From assembly GCA_964016885.1 (NCBI GenBank), contig OZ024743.1, positions 255,502,001 to 255,566,000 of the forward strand: DNA of 64,000 nt. The letters are read 5' to 3'. The notes below the pieces were generated by a model. It was not told where the DNA came from, did no database searches, and saw only the letters and a list, made by a program, of their open reading frames with translations. Shown piece after piece: positions 24,083 through 34,849 of the stretch (its first letter is position 1; each line of letters begins with the position of its first letter). The stretch comes from Eledone cirrhosa. Lineage: Eukaryota. The translations under genes were made by a program, and so were the position numbers.

Positions 24083-24959
24083 CATGGAACTCTTTAAACC
24101 ATCTTTTGATCTTATATATATATATATATATATATATTATCTCTGTCATTTTCTTTAAATATATATCAAGAAATACTCACCAATGGACATATTATTTGAA
24201 AGCAATAGACATTTAGCAAAAGAGTGATTTATATTGTATTTAAATATTTTACAGCTAAAATTCATTGAAAACACCTGCAATATTTTGGAAACTAAATGCA
24301 CATTTGCCTATGTATGTGAGTGTGTGTTTGTGTACATGTATATGTATGCATGTGTATGTTCATGTGAGTATGTGTATATATGTTGTGTGGGTGAGTAGTT
24401 AATGTGTGCTTTAAATTCTTTAAAGAATCCAGTTGTATCGACTATTTTGAAGTAGACAGCCACTATCAAAGTATAATATGCTGATATATACTCATACATA
24501 CATTTTATATATACAAAAGAGAGAGTGTGTGTGTGTGTGAGAGAGAGAGAGGTGAGAGGATGTATGAGTATAAACAGTTTGAAAGAGAAATGAACACAAA
24601 ATGTGGATGTAGTGTGAATTATTAGCAAGTTACTAAGGGTTTTGTGGATGCAAACACATCCAACCAATCTGATGCCTTTTGAATACATCTGAAGAGTTAG
24701 ACGTATTTATATCTACAAAACCTTTGTAAATTCATAAATTAATGAAGCTGTAAATACAAATAGTAGTTAAAATATTCAAACATTATCTGATTTAGTACTG
24801 TACACTAATGAGGGGTAGCAAAGTTTATTTTCTAAGTAGAAAAGAAGTAGTAGCTTCGAAGTTGTAGCTTGGTCACTTCATTTGACTGTTCATTGAAGCA
24901 ACAAAGTTGTTACTGTGAAGTCATTGCCACTTTTCTTCTGAGCAAACTACAACACACTG

Positions 24960-25029
<70 letters not shown>

Positions 25030-25082
25030 ATATATATATATACACACATAGATATATATATATATGTCTGTACATATATATG

Positions 25083-25112
<30 letters not shown>

Positions 25113-25113
<1 letters not shown>

Positions 25114-25610
25114 GTATCCCAGTACAACTTGTCTCATGGTCGGGTCGTTGGCAAATAAACTGGCAACCCCACCAAGGTTTCTTGGTGACGAGGGTGACTT
25201 TGAACATCCTGCAGGACTAAAAACAAAACCTGTGAAAGGGCAAAGGATCTCTTAAGAGTCAATGGCCATCCAAATCTGATGGTATCCAATGATGTTGACT
25301 TGTTCTTCTTTTTGGTAAATATCATCTTGGTTAAGAGAGTGGGACTGGCTTTTTGCAGTGCCTTTGCTCACTATAAAAGCATCACGGTGCAGGCGTTGCT
25401 TTATATCTGGAGATCTCTCTGCACTTGTCGTCACATGGTACCATGGGCCCAGCACTATGTGTCAATAATTGTCACAAGTCTAGTGTTTATACCAGAGTTT
25501 TCAAGTCGCTGGCTGGACTAAAAGGTCACACTCATTCAGCGCATCGGTAGGAGTTCTCCTACATGGATATAAAGTAGTGGCCGTACTCGAAAACAAGTTG
25601 GCAGCTACCA
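25113..25610 (+). repeat. Clustered ~600-bp repeat, copy 1 (internal ~75-bp deletion)
   Basis: Matches copies at 26125, 26935 and 28796. Common 3' end TTGGCAGC(C/T)ACCA|(TA)n. Confidence 0.85.
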
Positions 25611-25625
25611 TATATGTATATATAT

Positions 25626-25964
25626 GGAGGCACATGGCTTAGTGGTTAGAGCATTGGCCTTGCAATCGAAAGGTTGTGAGTTCAATTCTCAGACCGGGTG
25701 AGGTGTTGTTTCCTTAAGCAAGACACTTTATTTCACATTGCTCCAGTTTACTCAGTGGTAGAAATGAGATGATAGAGATAGAGATCCATATCATTCCACT
25801 GCAAAGTGGACGTGGAGGTGCCACGGCAAAAAAGCACCCAGCACTCACTGTAAATGAGGTTGGTGTTAGGAAGGGCATCCAGCTGTAGAAATCAAGCAAG
25901 AATCAGTTCCCGTCCCACCCTTGCAAGCAGGGAAAAAAGCGAACTTAAAATGAAATGATGATGA
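25626..25964 (+). mobile_element. tRNA-derived SINE, family B (RTE-type tail)
   Basis: A-box TGGCTTAGTGG, B-box GAGTTCAATTC, CCTT(A/G)AGCAAGACACTTTATTTCAC body, RTE 3' UTR segment, (GAT)n tail. Confidence 0.9.
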
Positions 25965-26124
25965 TATATGTTGTATATGTGTATGTATATATGTATATAT
26001 ATATATGTATATATGTATATATATATATGTATGTATATATATATATATATATGTATGTATATATGTAGATATATATGACTTGTTCTTCTTTTTGGTAAAT
26101 ATCATCTTTATATCCATGTAGAAT

Positions 26125-26539
26125 CATCGTGAGAGATGACCCCTTAGCCTTTGTCAAGGCAGAATTATAGGAGAAGGAAAACTCTGATTTAACACCTGCA
26201 ACCCTGACGGTATCCAATGGTGTTGACTTGTTCTTCTTTTTGGTAAAAATCATCTTGGTTAAGAGAGTGGGACTGGCTTTGTTCAGTGCCTTTGCTCATT
26301 AAAAAAGCTTCATGGCACAGGCAATGCTTTATATCGGGAGATCTCTCAGCACTTGTCGTCACGTGGTACCATGGGCCCAGCACTATGTGACAATAATTGT
26401 CACAAGTGTAGTGTTTGTACCAGAGTTTTCAAGTCGCTAGCTGGACTAAAAAGTCACACATGTTCAGCGCATCGGTAGGGGTTCTCCTACATGGATATAA
26501 AGTTATGGCCATACTCGAAAACGTGTTGGCAGCCACCAT
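26125..26539 (+). repeat. Clustered ~600-bp repeat, copy 2 (5'-truncated)
   Basis: Contains GGAGAAGGAAAACTCTGATTTAACACC and the shared 3' end. Confidence 0.85.
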
Positions 26540-26570
26540 ATATGTATGTATATATATGTATATGTATCTA

Positions 26571-26611
<41 letters not shown>

Positions 26612-26690
26612 ATATATATGTATGTATGTATATATGTATGTATGTATATATGCATGTATGTATGTATATATATATGTATGTGTGTATATA

Positions 26691-26739
<49 letters not shown>

Positions 26740-26934
26740 GTATGTATGTGTATATATATGTATATATGTATATATGTATATATATGTGTATGTATGAATA
26801 TATATATATATATGTATATATGTATATGTATATATGTATATATATATGTATTTATGTATATATATATATGTATATATATGTTGTATGTATGTATGTATAT
26901 ATATGTATGTATGTATATATATATATATATGTAT

Positions 26935-27545
26935 GGTCAGGTCACCAGTTGGTGCTACTGGTAACATGTATCCCAGTACAACCTGTCTCATGGTTGGGTC
27001 GTTGGCGACTAAACTGGCAACCCCACCAAGGTTTCTTGGTGAGGAGGGTGACTTTGGACATCCTGCAGGACTAAAAACAAAACCTGTTAAAGGGCAAAGG
27101 AGCTCTTAAGAGTCAATGGCCATCCAAAATCACCGGGAGAGATGACCCCTTAGCCTTTGTCAAGGCAGAATTCTAAGAGAATGAAAACTCTGATTTAACA
27201 CCTGCATTCCTGATGGTATCCAATGATGTTGACTTGTTCTTCTTTTTGGTAAATATCATCTTGGTTAAGAGAGTGCGACTGGCTTTGTGCAGTGCCTTTG
27301 CTCACTATAAAAGTTTCACGGCACAGGTATTGCTTTATATCTGGAGATCTCTCTGCACTTGTCGTCACATGATACCATGGGCCCAGCACTATGTGTCAAT
27401 AATTGTCACAAGTGTAGTGTTTGTACCAGAGTTTCCAAGTCGCTGGCTGGACTAAAAAGTCACACTTGTTCAGCGCATCGGAAGGGATTCTCCTACATGG
27501 ATATAAAGTAGTGGCTGTACTCGAAAACAAGTTGGCAGCCACCAT
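26935..27545 (+). repeat. Clustered ~600-bp repeat, copy 3 (longest)
   Basis: Bounded on both sides by (TA)/(TATG) microsatellite. Confidence 0.85.
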
Positions 27546-27719
27546 ATATATATGTATATATGTATATATGTATATATATGTGTATGTATGTATATATATA
27601 TATATATGTATATATGTATATGTATATATGTATATATATATATATGTATGTATATATATGCATCTGTGTATGTATATATATGTTGTATGTATGTATGTAT
27701 ATATATGTATGTAGTATTA

Positions 27720-28540
27720 GTTATACTATTTATGGTTATGTAAATACAAAACCTTATGCAGTTATAAGTATTTTTTATATACACACCCTAAATAGTGGTA
27801 GGTAGTAATGTATTACTACCTTATTACCAGTAAGTTAAGTAGCTCAATGTAAAAACATCAGATGATTTACAGAGCAGTTATATGAAATATAAGAATCAAA
27901 GAACTGTTCAAAACATTATTGTGCTTACAGCTGTTTCCTCCAAACCGAGGTTTGGATTCTTCGGAGCAATTTATTAATGCATGGACAGTTATATGACCTC
28001 CTTTTCAGCCAAGAGACATACCGATACATATGCAAATATTGTGGGTCAACATTCATTACAGAATTTAGAGTGGCAGTACACACTTCGAGATTACATTCAT
28101 ATTAAGAGGTACAATCAAAAATCAAAAATACAGGTTAAAATACAACATGAAGATAAGCGGTTATATAGTGCAAATGTTATATGTGTAGCAAGCATGTGCG
28201 TCTTGTTTATATAGTGTGGCAGAGAGATATGTGTGGTAGAGGCACTTAGGTAGGTAAACAAGAGTGTTAGGTTGGTAGATCTGGTGGCAAATTCTTTATA
28301 TGATTGATATAGTCTGTGTGTGGAGAAATGTTATAAGCATTAAAAATAGTGCAAGTATTAAAAGTATTGGAGATGCACAGCGAAGGGATGTCAAGTATTT
28401 CATGTACTTCGACATTTTCATGGTCAGGGGAGTGTATTTTTCGATTATATGCCCCTCACATAATCCACGACAATTCGATATTGAGCGTTTGACAATCCAG
28501 TTGTTTGTACCAGAGTTTCCAAGCACATGCTTGCCACACA
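27720..28540 (-). mobile_element. PLE 3' remnant (GIY-YIG tip + pLTR with decayed hammerhead)
   Basis: Minus ORF KHV..RGLCEGHIIEKYTP resembles the GIY-YIG R-x-x-x-E-x-x-x-I-x-x-x-x-P end. Hammerhead-like motif at 27922-27968. Confidence 0.5.
27922..27968 (-). ncRNA. Decayed type I hammerhead
   Basis: TGCT-CCGAAGA-aTCCAAACCtcGGTTTGGAg-GAAA-CAGCTG-TA^AGCA. U4>C core change; palindromic stem III. Confidence 0.7.
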
Positions 28541-28795
28541 TGGGGTTATGTTAGCCATCCGCGGACGAAATATATACATATATATATACATATACATATA
28601 TATATACATATATACATATATACATATATACATGTATATATGTGTAAACATATATACATATATACATGTATATATACATACCTATATATATACATATATA
28701 CATATATATACATATACATATATATATACATATACATATATATATATACATATATACATATATAAATATATACATATATACATATATGCATATAT

Positions 28796-29359
28796 CCCAT
28801 GGGCGGGTCGGGTCCTTGGCAACTCAACTGGTAACCCCACCAAGTTTTCTTGGTGAGGAGGGTGCCTTTGGACATCCTGCAGGACTAAAAACAAAACCTG
28901 TCAAAGGGCAAAGAAGCTCTTAAGAGTCAATGGCCATCCAAAATCACCAGAAGAGATGACACCTTAGCCTTTGTCAAGGCGGAATACTAGGAGAATGAAA
29001 ACTCTGATATAACACCTGCAACCCTGATGGTATACAATGATGTTGTCTTATTCTTCTTTTTGGTAAATAACATCTTGATTAAGAGAGTGGGACTGGCTTT
29101 GTGCAGTGCCTTTGCTCACTATAAAAGCTTCATGGCACAGACATTGCTTTATATCTGGAGATCTCTCTGCACTTGTCGTCACATGGTACCATGGGCCCAG
29201 CACTATGTGTCAGTTATTGTCACAAGTGTATTGTTTGTCCCAGAGTTTCCAAGTCGCTGGCTGGACTAAAAAGCCACACTCGTTCAGCGCATCGGTAGGG
29301 GTTCTCCTACATGGATATATAGTAGTGGCCGTACTTGAAAAGGAGTTGGCAGCCACCAT
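28796..29359 (+). repeat. Clustered ~600-bp repeat, copy 4
   Basis: Same body and 3' end as copies 1-3. Confidence 0.85.
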
Positions 29360-29992
29360 ATATATATACGTATATATATATATATATGATGGCTGCCCCC
29401 CTCGTTATGGAGTATGGCATGGTATACCATTATTAATAATTATTAATTAATTCTATCCTGCAATGCCTGTGCATGAAGATATCTTTTTAAGTGAGGAAAG
29501 ACTGTGCACTGAGTCAATTCCACTCTCTGAGTGACAGTAGCTATAACCCGAAAAGAAGAAAAGATCAACATCATCGGTAACTACTGAACCACAGGATTTA
29601 TAATTCAGCTTGTGCTCATTGAAGATGTATGAGAGTGGGTGGAGTGTTGCATACTCTATATATGCTTCAGGTTCGGCCTGTGCCTGTGGTAATTCGGGCT
29701 CTCTGTATTATTGCCAAAGATCTTAGTCCTGTGTCATGTCATCACCTTTAAGAGGTGCAATTAGGCATGGTCAGCTTTTATTACCTTGTTCCAAGTCTTC
29801 CCTAACAATATTTATTCATATATATATATATATATATATATATTGAGTATATGCTGGTTGTTTTCCAACACTTCAGTATACAGATTGGAGCACTCGACAA
29901 AGTGCGATGGTTGATTTGGTTACTCCGGAGGAATGTAAAATAAACTAAAATAAATAAATAAGTAAAATATTTAAAATTTGGCTTCGTTTATT

Positions 29993-30047
29993 ACTGCTAT
30001 ATATATTTCGGTGACAGCCATCTTTGGCTGTGACCTCTTCAGGCAGT
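29993..30047 (-). ncRNA. Type I hammerhead ribozyme (intact core)
   Basis: ACTGC-CTGAAGA-GGTCACAGCCA aaga TGGCTGTCACC-GAAA-TATATA-TA^GCAGT. Confidence 0.9.
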
Positions 30048-30159
30048 CCGAATTAGTGTGGTAGAGACGAGTACACATGTTGTTGAGGTGTTAACTTTGT
30101 CAATACTCTGATATGCCCAGTTCCTGGTTGGGTTGTTGTTTCTATGAGGAACTGGAGTC

Positions 30160-31010
30160 GGCGCCCTCAACCCACCCACATAAGAAAAGATACAGAAAAA
30201 TCACGTGGTACAACCCACCATACTCAGCGACCCTAAAGAACAGCTTGGCCCGATCATTCTTTGGAGCACTCGATAAATGCTTCCCGAGGGACCATAGATA
30301 CCACAAGATCTTCAACAGACACACTGTGAAGCTCTCGTATTCCACCACAAGAAATCTGGCCCAACACATAGCTAGCATCAACAGGAGTAGGTTTAAAAAC
30401 CACACACAACCAGAAGCTGGCAATATAAGCACCCAGCAGAACCATGTGGAAGGAGAGAAGGGTGGACCCAGTGCCCATACAAGAAACTCAAACAGACCCA
30501 GGGACTCCCACCGGGCCCGGGGGAGGACTACCATGTAACACGTAACGGGAACCCCACACTAGGCACGCAGAGATCGACCACCTTCTGCAACTGCAGAAAC
30601 CCCAAATTATGCCCCCTTAGTCATGAATGCCTTAGGAAGAACCTAATATACGGATGTAGGGTGAAAACCCCCAACTCTGAACACCTCTACATAGGAGCCA
30701 CATCAACGAGCTTTAAATACCGTTGGTATAACCATCGCCATTCCTTCAACAAGGAGGTCAAAAGGAAAAGTACGGCGCTTTCCTACCTGATCTAGAAGCT
30801 TAAGCTGGACAGGACCCGTACTCTCTGGCCTGGTCCATAATCAGGAAAGTACCACCTGATAAATGGGGAACTGGCATCTGCAAGCTATGTCTGAGTGAGA
30901 CCCTCAAGATACTAAGGGGTGGAAGCCGCCTGATAAACCTCAGAACCGACTTATTCGGGACATGTAGACACCTCAGGGCTGGGACCTTCGTCAAGCTATA
31001 TGGAAAGTAA
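30160..31010 (+). pseudogene. PLE linker + GIY-YIG endonuclease fragment
   Basis: RYRKITWYNPPYS..KCFP..YHKIFNRHTVKLSYST, CNCRNPKLCPLSHEC, NLIYGC..LYIGATSTSFKYRWYNH, CKLCLSE..CRH. Paralogous to 22164-23156. Confidence 0.9.
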
Positions 31011-31719
31011 CAACACACTGAGATGTGAACTCCCTTCTAGCTATAGGGACTTCTCCAGAACATGTAGACACCTCTGGGCCTGACCTGCCTCAAGCTATAT
31101 GGACAGTAACAACACAATAGGTCGGAACTCTCCTCAAGCCATAGGGACCCATCCGGACCCATCAAGCTATACGGATAAAAACAAAACACTGGGATGGGAA
31201 CTTCCCTCTAGCTTTAGGACAGCATTCCCACCATACCACTGCCCCGATCGACCCCTGTGACAACACATACCTATGCATATGCCCAAATATCGATACTGCT
31301 ATTTAAGATTATTTAAGATTGTACATACACAGATACTTACATGTGTGTGTGCAGGTGGGTGGGTGCGCGTGGGCATGTGGGTGGGTGTATGTATGTGTAC
31401 ATGTGTGTATGCGTGTGTGAGTGTGTGGGCTTAGAGTGGGTTTAGGGTTGGGTGTGTGTGTGGGTGTTTATGGGTATGGGTGTGTGCATAGGGGATGCAA
31501 CTGGACCTGTGCCTGTGCGTGTGTGCCTGGAACGATGCGAGTTGACAGACACGAATATGAGCTCCATGCCAACATGGGAACTGCAGTCCTCCGCATCTCC
31601 CGATTTCGACCCGGGTTATGGGCTATTACACTCCACCCTTGTCTCACCTGCTCTTAATACGCAACACACCCTGATAGTCTAGGGATTGATTCTGACACAT
31701 CCTTTCTAATTTGGCCAGC

Positions 31720-33192
31720 ATCTTCCAAATCTTTCTAACTTTGAGATTGGTTATAATACACACACATTTTATTTGAATATCCTATTTTATCCTTCTATCA
31801 TCGTATTCCTTCTACCATTTTATCATTTTTTGTTTACTTATTTGCTTAAGTACCAGTAATGCACTAGGTGATTGCTGGCCTTGTGCTTAAAGTAGAAACA
31901 ATTATATTATTTTTTCTATCTTATATTATTTCATTTTACTCTACTTTACTTTTTTTTTTAATTTTATTCTTGTTTTTTAGTCTTTTACATTTTCATTTCA
32001 TTCTATTGTTCTCTTCTTTTTTCTTTTTTCTTTTTTCTTTTTTCTTTTTTCTTTTTTCTTTTTTCTTTTTTCTTTTTTCTTTTTTCTTTTTTACTTCTTA
32101 TTTTCTTCATTTTATTGCCTTTTATTTCTTCATATGCTTGGCACAACCCCCCACCACCACCACTACAACCACGAAAAATAGTGGCAGGATGGATGCCAAC
32201 ACACACACATAGATCCTCCTAAAATCAGCAGCAGTAAGACTTAAGCTGACCGCAGCGCCAACACCAATACCAACATACGGGTAGAGGTCAGGTGTACTTA
32301 ACAATAGAAAAAACAAACACTACAGACCGCCTCACCTCAGAAAGAATTTCTATAGACTTTTGACTGAGGAATGCTCTCACAACTGACCAATGGGTGGAGC
32401 GAATCTTCCAAATCTTTCTAACTTTGAGATTGGTTATAACACACATACATTTTATTGGATTATCTTATTTTATTCTTTTATCATCTTATCCCTTCTACCA
32501 TTTTATTTTTTTGTTTACTTTTTTGTTTACCTATTTGCTTATATTATCTTATATTATTTTATTAGGGCGGTGGATTGGCAGTATCGGTAGAAGGTCGGAC
32601 CCAATGCTTTGACGCATAGAGTTACGCCCTTTGCCATTCTGAGCTCAAATCCCGCCGTGGTTAACTTTGCCTTTCATCCTTATGGGGTCGATAAAATAAA
32701 GTACCAGTAATACACTGGGTAATTACTGGCCTTGTGCCAAAAGTAGAAACAATTATCTTATATTATTTTATTTTAGTCTCTCTTATTTTATTTTATTTTA
32801 TTTTACTCTACTTTTCTTTATTTTATTCGTATTTTTTAGTCTCTTACCTTTTCATTTCATTCTATTGTTTTTTTATTATTTATTATTTATTTCTCTTTTT
32901 TTTATTTTCCTCATCTTATTGCCTCCTATTCCTTCATATGCTTGGCACCCCCACCCCCACCCCACCACTACCACGAGAAATGGTGGCAGGATAGATGCCA
33001 ACACACACACAAATTCTCCTAAAATCAACAGCAGCAGGAATTAAATCTTCCTCCAGCACCAACACCACGACCAACATAAGGGTAGAGGTCAGATGTACTT
33101 TATAACAAAAACAACCACTACAGATAGCCTGGCCTCAGAAAGAATTTCTATAGACTTTTGACTAAGGAATGTTCTCACAACTGACCAATGGG
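31720..33192 (+). repeat. Diverged direct duplication (~31720-32394 / 32403-33192) inside the PLE 3' region
   Basis: Both units start ATCTTCCAAATCTTTCTAACTTTGAGATTGG and end CTCACAACTGACCAATGGG. Confidence 0.85.
32566..32756 (+). mobile_element. SINE family A nested in the PLE (3' stub also at 31849-31903)
   Basis: Full family A sequence. Confidence 0.88.
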
Positions 33193-33352
33193 AGGAGAGG
33201 ATGTCATTTGACGCTGAAATTCGTTTGTTTAAATTCATATGACTCCAGTTCCTCATAGAAACAACAACCCAACCAGGAACTGTGCATATCAGAGTATTGA
33301 CAAAATTAACACCTCAACAACATGTGTACTCGTCTCTACCACACTAATTCGG

Positions 33353-33407
33353 ACTGCTTGAAGAGGTCACAGCCAAAGATGGCTGTCACCGAAATATATA
33401 TAGCAAT
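33353..33407 (+). ncRNA. Hammerhead, forward pLTR copy, with C3>U core mutation
   Basis: ACTGC-TTGAAGA-GGTCACAGCCA..TGGCTGTCACC-GAAA-TATATA-TA-GCAAT. Confidence 0.8.
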
Positions 33408-33634
33408 AATAAACGAAGACAAATTTTAAATATTTGACTTATTTATTTATTTTAGTTTATTTTATATATATATATATATGTATATATAAGTATAAAGGGA
33501 TATTTAATTTGTTGGAAATCCAACAAATATAAATGTTTCGAAAAATCCGTTCTATATTATCACTACCCAGGGAATATTCAACTGATAAGGTACGATTATC
33601 CTTGGCTATGTCAAAATTTATAAAACACTCTTTG

Positions 33635-33697
33635 TATTTTATCTGATAAAAGCGTATCAAAGTTTTTTGGTACACTTGAAATATATATAATAGAATA
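33635..33697 (+). ncRNA. Decayed type I hammerhead (G8>A) of a further PLE end
   Basis: TATTTTAT-CTGATAA-AAGCGTATCAAAg ttt TTTGGTACACTT-GAAA-TATATA-TA^ATAGAATA. Confidence 0.75.
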
Positions 33698-33745
33698 AAT
33701 ATAGTTTTATAAATATAGTTTCCATTTATTTAATATCATTGTGTG

Positions 33746-33796
<51 letters not shown>

Positions 33797-33797
33797 G

Positions 33798-34082
33798 ACG
33801 GCACATGGCTGAATGTTTAGAGAATTGGATTCGCAATCGTGAGATTGTGATTTAGATTCCCGGATCGGGTAATGAATTTTGGCCTTGAGCAAGACAGTTT
33901 ATATCATGTTACTCCTTCTGTCTGGAGTTGCGCCCAACAGATAGTATTGTTTCTACTTTTGGCACAAGGGCAGCAATTACCCAGTGGTTTACTGGTACTA
34001 TATTTTATCGACCCTGTAAGGATGAAAGGCAAAGTTAACTTTGGCGAGATTTGAACTCAGAATGGAAAGGGCCGAACTCTAG
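33798..34082. mobile_element. SINE B-type head (+, 33798-33915) joined to a SINE A 3' half (-, 33945-34082)
   Basis: GGCACATGGCT..CCTTGAGCAAGACA, then the reverse complement of the family A body and tail. Confidence 0.7.
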
Positions 34083-34437
34083 TATTAGCAATTCGAAAGA
34101 CTAATGGAAACATTATTTCTTTGGTCCAATATGATGAGCCTCACCCCACTCATTAAGCAATTAAGGTCTGGGATGTTGTCGATCAACTGTTGATATATAT
34201 ATATATATATATATATCAACATGCCTTTGGGCATTAACATTTGAACTTGACTGCACTTTAACCTGTCCTGTTTCCAGTCAACAGACAGTCACTTGTTGGG
34301 CCCTGTCTCTATGTTGTTGAGATATTTATCTTTCTGATATTTGTTGTCTGATATTTATCTTTCTGACAGCTTATACACATATACATATATTGCCAATGTT
34401 TATTTTGTTGTGCAATAACAAAACAAACAAAAATCCT

Positions 34438-34765
34438 TAATGGTTAGATCATTGAACTCACAATTGTAAGGTTGCGGCTTCAAATCCTGGATTGGGTGCC
34501 ACATTGTTTTCTTGAGCAAAACATTTTATTTCACATTCCTAAGTTGGCTCAGCTGTAGAAATGAGTTGTGACATCACTGGTGCCAAGTTGTATCTGCCAT
34601 TGCCTTTATTTTGGACAACATCGTTGGTGTTGAGGGAGATGATTGGCATGCATGGGTGACTGCTGGTTTTCCGCAAACACACCTTGACCAGGCTTGTGCT
34701 TCAGCTGGGAACATCATAGGTGCAAAACTATGGTCATTGATGCCAGAAGAAGGCCTAGAACTGCG
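34438..34765 (+). mobile_element. Older tRNA-derived SINE sharing the family B head and body
   Basis: TGGTTAGA..GGCTTCAAATCC..CTTGAGCAAAACATTTTATTTCAC..CTCAGCTGTAGAAATGAG, with a different tail. Confidence 0.55.
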
Positions 34766-34849
34766 ATATGTATATATACATATATGTATATATATATGTA
34801 TACATATATGTGTATATATAAATAATAATAATTCTTTTACTGATATCTA

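Larger units (their letters stand above)
19695..24118 (+). mobile_element. Near full-length Penelope-like element with inverted 5' pseudo-LTR
   Basis: 19695-20561 is the reverse complement of 23363-24118 continued into 20591-20680. A 32-bp direct repeat lies at 20559-20590 / 24087-24118. RT+GIY-YIG ORF between; flanked by (TA)n. Confidence 0.92.
29936..33464 (+). mobile_element. 5'-truncated Penelope-like element with 224-bp inverted terminal copy
   Basis: 29936-30159 is the reverse complement of 33241-33464. GIY-YIG coding remnant at 30160-31010, then a long 3' region ending with a hammerhead and (TA)n. Confidence 0.9.

Noticed and set aside
25626-25697. tRNA gene
   Set aside because: A/B boxes are present but there is no acceptor-stem closure, and it continues into SINE body in every copy.
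25279-29269. 80-aa ORF ([14 protein letters not shown]..) open in three repeat copies
   Set aside because: Broken in copy 2, many non-synonymous changes and no recognisable domain; persistence is expected by chance at this divergence.
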